From an uncultured Methanosarcinales archaeon (GTDB lineage: Archaea; Nanobdellota; Nanobdellia; Woesearchaeales; UBA10107): a DNA stretch of 64,000 nucleotides. Both the position numbers and the translations under genes were made by a program. Positions 26,608 to 36,496 of this stretch are shown in pieces (the first letter of the stretch is position 1; each line of letters opens with the position of its first letter). Location of the stretch: positions 42,396 to 106,395 of the forward strand of contig OZ246410.1 in assembly GCA_965231065.1 (NCBI GenBank). Reading direction: 5' to 3'. The notes under the pieces were generated by a model that saw only the letters and a list, made by a program, of their open reading frames with translations, ran no database searches and was not told where the DNA came from.

Positions 26608-26976
26608 ATGCAAGACCTACTCGAGAATATAGACGTGCTTTGCAAGAAATGTAAGGCGCCAATGGAACGTGGAATAGCCATCAAGGATGGCTTTAAACTC
26701 CGTGTATTCCAATGTCCCACTTGCAAGGCACGCTATTTCCATCCTACAGATATAGACAATTACGACCAATTCCGAAAGCTTAAAGAGAAAGAGTATCATA
26801 TGAAACTCCGCCTCATAGGCAACAGCTTCTGTATCAGTATCCCCAAGGAACTGGTCAGATTCAACAATATCAAAGAAGACAGTATCGTCGCATTGTCCAT
26901 GGATGATGCGGAGCACATGAGAATCATTTTCAGAAGTCAGACGGTATACAGAGAGGGAAACCAAAATGGCAACTAA
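26608..26976 (+). CDS. Zn-ribbon plus AbrB/SpoVT-like DNA-binding protein
   Basis: The internal ATG of track ORF 26554..26976 is used as the start. The zinc ribbon is CKKCKAPM...CPTCKARY, and [30 protein letters not shown] is AbrB/MazE-like. The gene overlaps the cdc48 start by 11 nt. Confidence 0.55.
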   Translation: MQDLLENIDVLCKKCKAPMERGIAIKDGFKLRVFQCPTCKARYFHPTDIDNYDQFRKLKEKEYHMKLRLIGNSFCISIPKELVRFNNIKEDSIVALSMDDAEHMRIIFRSQTVYREGNQNGN

Positions 26977-29266
26977 AGAAATGAAGAAAGATGATGAATT
27001 AAGACTTAAGGTAGCAGAAGCGATGCCTGATGATGTCAATAAAGGCATCGTCCGTATCGATCACAAATTGATGAAAGATTCTAATCTCAGAGAAGGAGAT
27101 ATTGTTGAAATTGAAGGCGCTAGAAAAACAGTCGGTATCGTCGACCGATCATTACCAGGAGATATCGGTCTTGATATCATACGTATGGATGGTATCCTCA
27201 GAAGAAACGCAAAATCAAGCTTAGGCGAAGCAGTCACCGTCAGAAAAGTAGAGATAAAAGAAGCGACGAAAGTAACTATCGCTCCTGCACGACAAGGCGT
27301 CATGATCAGAGCGCCGCCGAATATGTTCAGACAAGGACTATTAGGCAGAGTCGCTATCAAAGGAGATATCATCTCCTTCGGCGGAACAAGACGCAGAAGA
27401 AAGACATTAAGCGCGAATCCATTCTTCGATGATATATTCTCATCAGTATTCGAAGAGGCATTCAACGTCGGATTCGGCTTTGGAGATTTAAAATTCATCG
27501 TAATAGACTCAAATCCGAAAGGAGCGGTCATCATCACAGAGAATACAGAGATCATAGTCAATCCGGAAGCAGTAGAACTGGAAAAAGAAGAAGCGATCCC
27601 TGAAGTCACATACGAAGATATCGGCGGATTGGATGAAGAGATAAAGAAGATAAGAGAGATGGTAGAATTACCATTGAAGCATCCTGAGATATTCGAACGA
27701 TTAGGAGTAGAGCCACCGAAAGGAGTTCTTTTGCATGGTCCACCAGGTACAGGAAAAACACTGTTAGCGAAAGCGGTAGCGGGCGAAACAAACGCACATT
27801 TCATTTTAATCAATGGTCCAGAGATAATGTCCAAATACTACGGTCAATCAGAAGAAAATCTCAGAAAGAAGTTTGAAGAAGCAGAAGCGAACGCTCCTTC
27901 AATCATCTTCATCGACGAGATCGATGCGATCGCAGCAAAGAGAGAAGAAGTCACCGGTGAAGTCGAAAAGAGAGTTGTTGCACAACTCTTGAGCATCATG
28001 GACGGTATGAAGTCACGAGGTAAGGTTATTGTGATTGCAGCAACGAATATGCCGAACTCATTAGATCCTGCACTCAGACGCCCCGGAAGATTCGACAGAG
28101 AAATTGAAATAGGTGTTCCCGGAAAAGCAGGAAGATTAAACGTATTGAAGATTCACACCAGAGGCATGCCGTTAGCAGAAGACATCAAGTTAGAAGAAGT
28201 AGCAAGTACCACATACGGATTTGTCGGCGCTGATATGTCTGCATTGGTGAAAGAAGCAGCGATGAGCGTAATCAGACGTGTCCTTCCTGACTTAAATCTA
28301 AAAGATGATCACGTCATACCAAAAGAAATATTGGAGAAATTAATAATCACAAAACAGGATATCACCGATGCACTGAAAGTCGTACGTCCAAGTGCGATGA
28401 GAGAAATTCTCGTCGAAGTTCCGAACGTCGAATGGGAAGACATCGGCGGACTGGAAAGCGTCAAACAGGAACTGAAGGAAGCGGTTGAATGGCCGCTGAA
28501 ACATCCTGAAGCATTCGTGAGAATGGGCATTTCGCCTCCAAAAGGAATCTTATTGTACGGACCACCAGGAACCGGTAAGACGATGCTTGCAAAGGCAATC
28601 GCAAATGAAAGCGACGCTAACTTCATCTCAGTCAAAGGACCTGAATTATTGTCAAAATGGGTCGGTGAATCAGAGAAAGCAGTCAGGAAGATATTCGAAA
28701 AAGCACGGCAATTGAGTCCTTCGATCATCTTCTTCGATGAGATAGATGCAATCGCTCCAAAGCGAGGCGTCAACAGCGATTCAGGAGTCACCGAACGGGT
28801 TGTCAATCAGTTACTGACAGAGATCGATGGTCTGGAAGAGATGCATGACGTCGTTGTCATTGCTGCTACCAACAGACCCGATATCGTCGATCCTGCATTG
28901 TTAAGACCGGGACGATTTGATAGGATGATACTCGCGCAGATACCTGACGAGAATATGCGGCAGCAAATATTCAAGCTGCATATGAAAGATATGCCATTGA
29001 AGAATGTCGATGTCAAGAAACTGGCAGAAGAGACAGAAGGCTATGTCGGCGCAGATATCGAGTCGATCTGCAGAGAAGCAGCGATCCTCGCGTTGCGTAA
29101 AGACATGACCGCAAAGGAGATCACACACAAACATTTCGAAGATGCACTACAGAAAGTCAGGCCTTCAGTCGATGCTGAGACTAAATTGGCATACGAACGG
29201 TTGGAAGCCGAATTGCGTTCTGCAAAGGCACGTGAAGTCAAGCCAAAGATATCATATTTCGGTTAA
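26966..29266 (+). CDS. cdc48: CDC48/VCP-type double-ring AAA+ ATPase
   Basis: 766 aa. It has two GPPGTGKT Walker A motifs, Walker B motifs IIFIDEIDA and IIFFDEIDA, and an N-terminal double-psi-barrel-like region. Confidence 0.9.
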   Translation: MATKEMKKDDELRLKVAEAMPDDVNKGIVRIDHKLMKDSNLREGDIVEIEGARKTVGIVDRSLPGDIGLDIIRMDGILRRNAKSSLGEAVTVRKVEIKEATKVTIAPARQGVMIRAPPNMFRQGLLGRVAIKGDIISFGGTRRRRKTLSANPFFDDIFSSVFEEAFNVGFGFGDLKFIVIDSNPKGAVIITENTEIIVNPEAVELEKEEAIPEVTYEDIGGLDEEIKKIREMVELPLKHPEIFERLGVEPPKGVLLHGPPGTGKTLLAKAVAGETNAHFILINGPEIMSKYYGQSEENLRKKFEEAEANAPSIIFIDEIDAIAAKREEVTGEVEKRVVAQLLSIMDGMKSRGKVIVIAATNMPNSLDPALRRPGRFDREIEIGVPGKAGRLNVLKIHTRGMPLAEDIKLEEVASTTYGFVGADMSALVKEAAMSVIRRVLPDLNLKDDHVIPKEILEKLIITKQDITDALKVVRPSAMREILVEVPNVEWEDIGGLESVKQELKEAVEWPLKHPEAFVRMGISPPKGILLYGPPGTGKTMLAKAIANESDANFISVKGPELLSKWVGESEKAVRKIFEKARQLSPSIIFFDEIDAIAPKRGVNSDSGVTERVVNQLLTEIDGLEEMHDVVVIAATNRPDIVDPALLRPGRFDRMILAQIPDENMRQQIFKLHMKDMPLKNVDVKKLAEETEGYVGADIESICREAAILALRKDMTAKEITHKHFEDALQKVRPSVDAETKLAYERLEAELRSAKAREVKPKISYFG

Positions 29267-29272
29267 AAAAGG

Positions 29273-30574
29273 ATGGCACCACATAAAGCGGGAGATAAAG
29301 TAGAGGTAGAGACAGTCGATGCTACATTCACCGGCATCGTGATGCCGAACGAGACCGCTTCTACGTTATTCTTGAAATTAAGTTCTGGATATAATGTCGG
29401 CATCGACAAGAAAAAGATAAAACAGATCGAGGTTCTTGAAGCGAATAAAGAAATCAAGAAAGAAAATAAGATAGATCTGAAAGAGAATAAGAAACTGCCG
29501 ACTATCTCTATATTGCATACAGGAGGAACAATCGCATCACAGGTCGATTACCGAACCGGCGCTGTCGTCTCACGATTCACACCGCAGGATCTCATCTCGA
29601 TGTTTCCGGAGATCAAAGACATAGCGAATGTAAGAAGTCAGTTAGTATTCCAGATGTTCTCAGAGGATATGGAGCCTGAACACTGGTCGATACTCGCGAA
29701 GAAAGTCGAGGAAGAGATAAAAAATGGAGCAGATGGAATCATCATCACACATGGAACAGATACCATGGCATACACTGCCGCTGCACTGTCATTTGCATTA
29801 CAGAATCTTCCCATTCCTGTTTTATTGGTAGGAGCACAACGAAGCTCAGACAGACCAAGCTCTGATGCTGCATACAACATAATCGCAGCTGCGAAATTCA
29901 TAGTTGATTCTGATTTTTCAGGTGTCGGTGTGTGCATGCACAAGAACGAGGACGATAATGTATGTCTCATACATTCTGGCGTTTCCGTCAGAAAGATGCA
30001 CACCTCAAGAAGAGACACATTCAGAAGCATCAATGCGATGCCGATCGCAGAGATAGACTACAAGACAGGAAAGATAAACTTCCTGAGAAAAGACTATGTC
30101 AAGAATGATAAGAACAGAAAGATTATTTTAAAAGAGAAATTCGAAAGAAATGTCGCGATCATAAAGATAAGACCAGGATTCAGCTACAAAGAACTTGAAG
30201 CATACAAGGACTTCAAAGGAATTATCATAGAAGGAACTGGGTTAGGACACGCTCCGACGAGCGTCCTTGATGAATTCACCAAAGATCATGCGAAACTGCT
30301 TGAAACAGTTAAGAAAATATCTAAAAATGCAGTCGTTGTAATGACTTCACAAGCTTTGTATGGAACTGTCAACATGAATGTATACTCAACGGGAAGGGAT
30401 TTATTATCAGCAGGAGTTATTTCAGGCAGCGGTATGACGACAGAGACTGCTTACGCCAAGCTCATGTGGATATTAGGACATGAAAAGAACTTGGATGTTG
30501 CCAAAAGAGAGATGCAGCAGAATCTTGTCGGCGAAATAAACGAACGAATAGAGAATAACACATTTTTGATCTGA
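29273..30574 (+). CDS. gatD: Glu-tRNA(Gln) amidotransferase subunit D
   Basis: 433 aa with the asparaginase-type motifs HTGGTIAS and HGTDTMAYTAAALSF. Confidence 0.85.
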   Translation: MAPHKAGDKVEVETVDATFTGIVMPNETASTLFLKLSSGYNVGIDKKKIKQIEVLEANKEIKKENKIDLKENKKLPTISILHTGGTIASQVDYRTGAVVSRFTPQDLISMFPEIKDIANVRSQLVFQMFSEDMEPEHWSILAKKVEEEIKNGADGIIITHGTDTMAYTAAALSFALQNLPIPVLLVGAQRSSDRPSSDAAYNIIAAAKFIVDSDFSGVGVCMHKNEDDNVCLIHSGVSVRKMHTSRRDTFRSINAMPIAEIDYKTGKINFLRKDYVKNDKNRKIILKEKFERNVAIIKIRPGFSYKELEAYKDFKGIIIEGTGLGHAPTSVLDEFTKDHAKLLETVKKISKNAVVVMTSQALYGTVNMNVYSTGRDLLSAGVISGSGMTTETAYAKLMWILGHEKNLDVAKREMQQNLVGEINERIENNTFLI

Positions 30575-30612
30575 TTCTTTAATCTCTATTTTAGAACATA
30601 TATACCGATTAG

Positions 30613-30624
30613 TAGAATATTCTA
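30613..30624. promoter_or_regulatory. Perfect 12-nt palindrome TAGAATATTCTA upstream of the Lrp/AsnC gene
   Basis: The palindrome is at 30613-30624. Related half-sites are tagaac at 30592 and tagaat at 30665. Confidence 0.35.
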
Positions 30625-30681
30625 TCCTTTATTATCTATATTATTAACTATATATTCAACTAAATAGAATAATATCATAAT

Positions 30682-30693
30682 ATTTATATATAA
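30682..30693 (+). promoter_or_regulatory. TATA-like box for the Lrp/AsnC gene
   Basis: atttatatataa is centred about 28 nt upstream of the ATG at 30715. Confidence 0.4.
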
Positions 30694-30714
30694 TCGGAAC
30701 AAATATTCAATAAA

Positions 30715-31119
30715 ATGGATGAAAAGGACCTAATTCTCATACAGGAACTGAAGAAGAACTCCAACCGCTCCATCCAAGAGTTATCAAAAGCGACAAAAAT
30801 ACCGCAGACAACCGTCTACAACAGGATCAAGATCTTAGAAAAAGACATCATAAAGCAATATACCATCAAGACAGACAACAAGAAACTCAACAGAATACAA
30901 GCCTTCTTTGAAGTCACGTTGAAACCGGAAGCAAACGTCAGCGAATTTCTAAAGAAAGCAAAAGCGACAGCGGATGACATCTATTCCGTTGCAGGAGATT
31001 ATCAATTTCTTATCAAAGCATCATTTGACGATCTTGGGGGTGTATATGTTTTCACGGCTCAACTCCAACAAGCAAAGGCCGAGAAAATAAAGACATCGGT
31101 GGTTTTGGATGAGCCGTAA
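30715..31119 (+). CDS. Lrp/AsnC-family transcriptional regulator
   Basis: 134 aa. It has the N-terminal HTH SIQELSKATKIPQTTVYNRIKILE and a C-terminal RAM-like domain. Confidence 0.75.
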   Translation: MDEKDLILIQELKKNSNRSIQELSKATKIPQTTVYNRIKILEKDIIKQYTIKTDNKKLNRIQAFFEVTLKPEANVSEFLKKAKATADDIYSVAGDYQFLIKASFDDLGGVYVFTAQLQQAKAEKIKTSVVLDEP

Positions 31120-31175
31120 CACCCTATGTTCTGAAAACTTGTCAGCGGCTGCCCGCCCCCATGGGCGCCCTGACG

Positions 31176-31188
31176 TTATATTTATAAG
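31176..31188 (+). promoter_or_regulatory. TATA-like box for gatE
   Basis: ttatatttataag is centred about 28 nt upstream of the ATG at 31210. Confidence 0.4.
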
Positions 31189-31209
31189 TAAATTGAGAAA
31201 GGACTGACC

Positions 31210-32619
31210 ATGGACTATCAGAAAATAGGATTCAAATGCGGATTAGAGATACATCAGCAGATAGAAGGAAAGAAGTTATTCTGTGACTGTCCGACCGAGA
31301 TAAAAGACGGCAAGCCTGACTTTGAATTCAAGAGAAAACTAAGGATATCTGCGGGAGAATCAGGCAAGATCGATATCGCTGCATTGGCAGAACAGGCAAA
31401 AGGAAAAGAGTTTGTCTACCAGGGATATCATGATGCCAACTGCTTAGTGGAGTTAGATGATGAACCGCCGCATGACGTGAACAGAGAAGCACTAACAACT
31501 GCGATGAAAGTAGCATTACTGCTCCATGCAAAACCGGTCGACGAAATACAATTCATGCGAAAGATTGTCGTCGATGGATCAAATACATCAGGATTTCAAC
31601 GCACAGCATTAATCGCAACAGACGGTTATATCGAGACATCAGAAGGAAAAATAAAAATCCCAACCGTCTGCTTAGAAGAAGAAGCAGCGAAAGTCGTCGA
31701 ACGGACACCAACAAGAGATATTTACAATATCTCACGGCTTGGAATTCCTTTGATAGAGATCGCCACTGATGCTGACATCAAATCAGCAGACGGTGCAAAA
31801 GAAGCTGCAATGAAATTAGGGATGATCCTCAGATCAGTCAAAGGAATCAAGAGAGGAGTCGGTTCTATCAGACAGGATGTCAATCTTTCTGTGAAGAACA
31901 CCAACAGAGTGGAGATCAAAGGCTTCCAGGAGATAGACACGATCAAAGACGTCATCGAAAAAGAAGCACAAAGAAGATTAAAGATCATAGAATCAGGAAA
32001 AATGCCAGAAGCTGAAGTAAGAAAAGCAGAAAAAGATGGTACAACAACATTCTTACGACCGATGCCGGGCGCTGACCGAATGTATCCTGAGACAGATGTT
32101 CCTCCTCTACGATTTGATTCATCTAAATTAGAACTGCCTGAACTGATATCAGACAAAGCAGAGAAGATAGGAGATTTAGGCTTAGGCAAAGACTTAGCAG
32201 AAGCATTGGCAAAATCAGGAAAAGCTGATCTCTTGACAGAATTCGTAAACCGATTCAAGAACGTGAAGCCTGCCTTCATCGCTGAAACGATCCTTACGAT
32301 GCCGAAGATCATGCGAAGGAAATACAATATTGAAGTAAAGCCAACAGACCAAGACTTTCAAGTTCTATTCGAAGCATTAAATGAAGGAAAGGTATCGAAA
32401 GACAACATCGAAGACATCTTCAAGGAACAGAAACCGGTAAAGGATATAATCACAAAGTATCACGTGATGTCTGACAAGGATTTAGAAGCACACATAAAGA
32501 AGATCGTCTCAGACAATAAAGACCTGCAATTCAACGCCCTGATAGGCAAGGTGATGGGCATCCTGAAAGGAAAAGCGGATTCAAAGAAGATCATAGAAAC
32601 ATTAAATAAATTAAAGTGA
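31210..32619 (+). CDS. gatE: Glu-tRNA(Gln) amidotransferase subunit E, unusually short (469 aa)
   Basis: It has GLEIHQQIEGKKLFCDCPT, VIDGSNTSGFQRT, FLRPMPGADRMYPETD and a C-terminal YqeY-like tail LIGKVMGILKGKAD. Confidence 0.8.
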   Translation: MDYQKIGFKCGLEIHQQIEGKKLFCDCPTEIKDGKPDFEFKRKLRISAGESGKIDIAALAEQAKGKEFVYQGYHDANCLVELDDEPPHDVNREALTTAMKVALLLHAKPVDEIQFMRKIVVDGSNTSGFQRTALIATDGYIETSEGKIKIPTVCLEEEAAKVVERTPTRDIYNISRLGIPLIEIATDADIKSADGAKEAAMKLGMILRSVKGIKRGVGSIRQDVNLSVKNTNRVEIKGFQEIDTIKDVIEKEAQRRLKIIESGKMPEAEVRKAEKDGTTTFLRPMPGADRMYPETDVPPLRFDSSKLELPELISDKAEKIGDLGLGKDLAEALAKSGKADLLTEFVNRFKNVKPAFIAETILTMPKIMRRKYNIEVKPTDQDFQVLFEALNEGKVSKDNIEDIFKEQKPVKDIITKYHVMSDKDLEAHIKKIVSDNKDLQFNALIGKVMGILKGKADSKKIIETLNKLK

Positions 32620-33213
32620 AACTTCCAAAGGTTTCTTCTCCATGAAATAAAGTACAACGAAAGCACCAATAGTTCCGCCTAAAAATCCAGCACATAACCC
32701 ATTCAGGAATGGATTTACACCAAGTTTGTAAAACAGATCCATCAAAGGCAGGATAAATAGCTCAAAGATTCCTGCATAGACAGAAAATAACGGACTGATG
32801 CGCGTCAAGGTCACGATTCTCTCCCCTAATAAAAACTTCATCTTGAACTTCATCATGTTGTAAACCAACACCAATATGAAGAATGATAGGAACACTGAAG
32901 CAAATCCAAATAACGCGTTGCCGATCAGTGATTCAACCGGCAATAAGAACTGTATGAAGAACAACACCATGATAAATAATCCGTTTGCAATAGAAGGGAA
33001 TACAATAGGAAAATCATGGATCTCATTTCCATTCAATTTAATCGGAGCGTATGAAGCAGTGAACTGATATAACCACAATACAATGATTGCAGGAATAAAT
33101 CCAACGAGAAATCCTGCATTAGCAATATTGACAGAATTCAAAACAAACAGAGAGATACCTTCAATGACAGCCAAGTACACGACAAGCCAATAGTTGAAGT
33201 TTTTTATTTTCAT
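32611..33213 (-). CDS. Polytopic membrane protein
   Basis: 200 aa with 6 hydrophobic segments. Confidence 0.55.
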   Translation of the reverse strand: MKIKNFNYWLVVYLAVIEGISLFVLNSVNIANAGFLVGFIPAIIVLWLYQFTASYAPIKLNGNEIHDFPIVFPSIANGLFIMVLFFIQFLLPVESLIGNALFGFASVFLSFFILVLVYNMMKFKMKFLLGERIVTLTRISPLFSVYAGIFELFILPLMDLFYKLGVNPFLNGLCAGFLGGTIGAFVVLYFMEKKPLEVSL

Positions 33214-33221
33214 GATATATA

Positions 33222-33296
33222 CGCGCCCGGGAAGATTCGAACTCCCGACCCCCGGCTTAGGATGCCGGTGCTCTATCCAGGCTGAGCTACGGGCGC
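33222..33296 (-). tRNA. tRNA-Arg(CCU)
   Basis: By hand fold: GCGCCCG UA GCUC AGCCUGGAUA GAGC A CCGGC AUCCUAA GCCGG GGGUC GGGAG UUCGAAU CUUCC CGGGCGC G. It is 75 nt. Confidence 0.85.
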
Positions 33297-33383
33297 ATAG
33301 CTTTTAAAGGTACCGACATTCTTTTAAACGTTTTGGTATTGATTCAACAAAGGTTTATTAACGAAACAGCAATAATTGACTTT

Positions 33384-34676
33384 ATGCAAAAAAATTGGAA
33401 AATGAGCGGAAAAGGTTCTGCTCAGGTGATTGCAATTTCGTTTATTGCACTTGCCTTGCTTGGCATCGGTATTTGGACCGGCTATAAAGGCCACATCATA
33501 ATTGATAAAAATAAAATAGATTATCCTCCTTCCATAGACTACAAGAATCCCCAAACAACCATTCGTCTTTCGCCTATTGTGAACGGCAACCCGCCGTGTA
33601 ATAAATCTGGTCGTGTTACATTTGCTACACCATTTATGAACCCTAATGACCTTAAAGCGATCTGGCCGCTCGGTAGAACCGCGAATGACCACGTCACTCC
33701 GACTGACCACCAGTACTATATCACTACCGATGCTGCTAGGAAAAATGGTACTGTTCTTTATGCCCCCGCGGATGGGATTATCTTTGGCATCATCAAGGAT
33801 GATATCAGTGAAAAGATTCCTAATCTACCTGAATCTGAGCGCTTCACATATGGTATAGCGATCTCCTATAGTTGTACCCAAGCTTTAACATTCGCTGGCA
33901 TTGCTGAACTAGTACCAGAATTGAAGAAATTTGCTTCTCCTAACAATGCTGGAGCTAAGGATATAAATATTCCAGTCAAAGCTGGGCAAATGATCGGCAC
34001 AATACATAAGGGCATGGAAAGTTGGTTAATCGATGCCACTTCAAAACTGACAGGGTTTATTGACGACGGAGATTATCTAGATGAAAATTGGAAACCGTAT
34101 TCACACAGCCTGTTCGATTATTTTGTGCCAGCTTTGCGCGACCAATACAATGCCAAGTCACTACGCAAGGTTGAACCGTTTGGTGGCAAGATTGACTATG
34201 ATCTTCAGGGCAAGCTCATTGGCAATTGGTTTAAACAGGGAGTATTGCCGTACTATATGCGACAAACAAATTTTTGGCAAAATGAACTAGCCATCTTTTA
34301 CGATTATATCGAACCAGACCAAATTCGTGTTATGATTGGCCAGTTTGCCGACAGTCATCCAGGTAATTTTGGTTTTGATGTTGTTGGAAATGCTCCTGAT
34401 CCTGCCACTATCTCGGTTGCTTCGGGACTAATAAAATACTCGCTCGTTGATTACCTTTATGCCGACGAATCTGGCCTTACTATTGATGAAATCGGGATCA
34501 ATATTGATGAGATGTCTGGCGATAAAGTCTGGCATGTCCAAAACGAAAAGTCAGTTTGGGGCGTAGCGTTAGTCCAGATGATTGAAGACAGAAAAATAAA
34601 GTTTGAAGTCTTTCCTGGTAAAACAGTCGATCAAGTCGATGGATTTACTGAAAACGCTCAAATATATGAAAGATAA
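33384..34676 (+). CDS. N-terminally anchored or secreted protein, possibly a degenerate M23/LytM-like fold
   Basis: I place the start at MQKNWKMSGKGSAQVIAISFIALALLGIGIW (signal anchor). VLYAPADGIIFGI and IPVKAGQMIGTI resemble M23 barrel strands, but no HxH motif was seen. Confidence 0.5.
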   Translation: MQKNWKMSGKGSAQVIAISFIALALLGIGIWTGYKGHIIIDKNKIDYPPSIDYKNPQTTIRLSPIVNGNPPCNKSGRVTFATPFMNPNDLKAIWPLGRTANDHVTPTDHQYYITTDAARKNGTVLYAPADGIIFGIIKDDISEKIPNLPESERFTYGIAISYSCTQALTFAGIAELVPELKKFASPNNAGAKDINIPVKAGQMIGTIHKGMESWLIDATSKLTGFIDDGDYLDENWKPYSHSLFDYFVPALRDQYNAKSLRKVEPFGGKIDYDLQGKLIGNWFKQGVLPYYMRQTNFWQNELAIFYDYIEPDQIRVMIGQFADSHPGNFGFDVVGNAPDPATISVASGLIKYSLVDYLYADESGLTIDEIGINIDEMSGDKVWHVQNEKSVWGVALVQMIEDRKIKFEVFPGKTVDQVDGFTENAQIYER

Positions 34677-35646
34677 AATAATTCACACTAAAATGTACAA
34701 AATAAAGCAGATTCTTGATGATTTCATAGTAAATGAAGTAATTGATGTGAAGCTTAATGCCAAGGGAAGTTACTCTTACTTCATTCTTAAGAAGAAAGAT
34801 TATGCGACACCATCTGCAGTCGAAAAAATAGCCAAGTTCCTTAACGTTCCTGTCAAGAAAATAGGATATGCAGGTGCGAAGGACAGGAGAGCAATTACGA
34901 CTCAACGGATATCGATAGAAGGGTTACCGGATAGGCTGAAAGGATTCAAGGATGATAACATCAAACTCGAATATAAAGGAAGAGGAGACACCGCAGTATA
35001 CCTTGGAAGGTTAAAAGGAAATGATTTCGAGATTGTTATAAGGAACATAAAGAAAAAGCCGAAGAAAATATCAAAATTCCTTAATCTGTTCGATAAGCAG
35101 AGATTTTCAATGAATAATGTTGCTATTGGGAGAGCCATCGTCAAGAAAGACTTCAAGAAAGCAGTTGAAATTTTGATCAAAAGCAATGGATATTATGAAA
35201 GATCAGTAAAGGAGAACTACCAGAATACAAATGATGCCGTAAATAGCCTGAGAAAGATACCGCATCATGTCCTTATGTTCTTCATCCATGCATATCAGTC
35301 AGAACTATGGAATCAATACGCCGAGAGATTAGGAAATTATAAGAAAAATATCGATCTTCCAATTGTTGGATTCGGAACAGAGATAAAAGATGATAAAATA
35401 AGAAAAGCTGTCGAAGATGTTATGAACAAAGAAAGAATAACACACAGGGATTTCATAATAAGACAGATTCCCGAGCTTAGTTCTGAGGGAAGTTCAAGAA
35501 GAGTATTTAGTGAAGTCAAAAAGCTGAATGTCGGAAAACTCGAAGATGACGAGCTGAACAAAGGAATGAAAAAAATAAAGTTAAAGTTCTTCCTTGACAA
35601 AGGAAGCTATGCCACGATGGCGATCAAGAACATGTTCATTTCTTGA
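34666..35646 (+). CDS. truD: tRNA pseudouridine synthase TruD/Pus7 family
   Basis: It has DFIVNEV and GYAGAKDRRAITTQ (the GxKD catalytic Asp motif). The start is ambiguous, either ATG 34666 or ATG 34693. The track ORF starts at 34603. Confidence 0.75.
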   Translation: MKDKIIHTKMYKIKQILDDFIVNEVIDVKLNAKGSYSYFILKKKDYATPSAVEKIAKFLNVPVKKIGYAGAKDRRAITTQRISIEGLPDRLKGFKDDNIKLEYKGRGDTAVYLGRLKGNDFEIVIRNIKKKPKKISKFLNLFDKQRFSMNNVAIGRAIVKKDFKKAVEILIKSNGYYERSVKENYQNTNDAVNSLRKIPHHVLMFFIHAYQSELWNQYAERLGNYKKNIDLPIVGFGTEIKDDKIRKAVEDVMNKERITHRDFIIRQIPELSSEGSSRRVFSEVKKLNVGKLEDDELNKGMKKIKLKFFLDKGSYATMAIKNMFIS

Positions 35647-36496
35647 TATACTTCATAAACGTATCAATCGTCATCACAAATCCAGCTGCTTTATCATGAC
35701 CACCACCGCCGTATTTCTCTGCCAACCGACGTGCTTTATCTCCTGAAACACCGCGGACATGAACTTTTACTTCATTCTTGTCAGGATAGATCACATACGC
35801 AACACCAATGCCGGTCCGTGATTTACGAGCTAAATAATTGCATAATTCAGATACAGAATGATTTGAATTCAAAGACAGCACCTCAATACCGTCAAAGTCT
35901 AGAACAGAAGCGTTTCGGCAATAGAATTCAACATCTTTCACCAATCGCTGATATAATATCTTTCCTTTATCGACTGATTCATCATAATCAAACTCAGTAA
36001 GCAATTTCTCATACGATGCCAGATCATCAGGCACCACAACCGTTTTGATGTATTGATCGACAAACTTAGAGTTCTTCTCCTGATCCCAGTTCCAGAGATC
36101 AGCGATCTCGATGAACTGCAATGCATCCGGCATTTTCTTGTCCTTGAAGAAATAATCCCAGACCGCGGTGGTTGCGCAGTGTTTTGGGTAGTAATGATAA
36201 TTTTTAACTTTATAATCGTGTGATACTTCATACTTCTTGATCAATTCATCAGCAGTGATGTGGTGATCGATGATGGTATACGTAACTCCTTTCTCGTCTA
36301 ACGCAGCTAAATCTTCAGGCAGCCCACAAATATCGACAAAATACACAGAATCTCCTTTCTTCAAAATTAAATCTTCCTTCCACTCCCATGAATGAGAGGT
36401 TGGATATAAAATAACGCCAGGCACTGCCTTCTTCAGAAGCACCGCAGACATAGAACCATCAGAGCATCCTTTGTGATAGATGCCATAGGTCTTCAT
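35636..36496 (-). CDS. DHH/DHHA1-family phosphoesterase
   Basis: 286 aa with HKGCSDGSMSA, IIDHH and GGGHDKAAGF. Confidence 0.7.
   Translation of the reverse strand: MKTYGIYHKGCSDGSMSAVLLKKAVPGVILYPTSHSWEWKEDLILKKGDSVYFVDICGLPEDLAALDEKGVTYTIIDHHITADELIKKYEVSHDYKVKNYHYYPKHCATTAVWDYFFKDKKMPDALQFIEIADLWNWDQEKNSKFVDQYIKTVVVPDDLASYEKLLTEFDYDESVDKGKILYQRLVKDVEFYCRNASVLDFDGIEVLSLNSNHSVSELCNYLARKSRTGIGVAYVIYPDKNEVKVHVRGVSGDKARRLAEKYGGGGHDKAAGFVMTIDTFMKYIKK

Noticed and set aside
27061-27834. 257-aa minus-strand ORF inside cdc48, plus similar antisense ORFs 28309..28806, 7132..7662, 31722..32327, 42717..43310, 57411..58025 and 60242..60784
   Set aside because: All lie antisense to strongly supported conserved genes and have Ser/Pro/Thr-rich shadow-frame composition.
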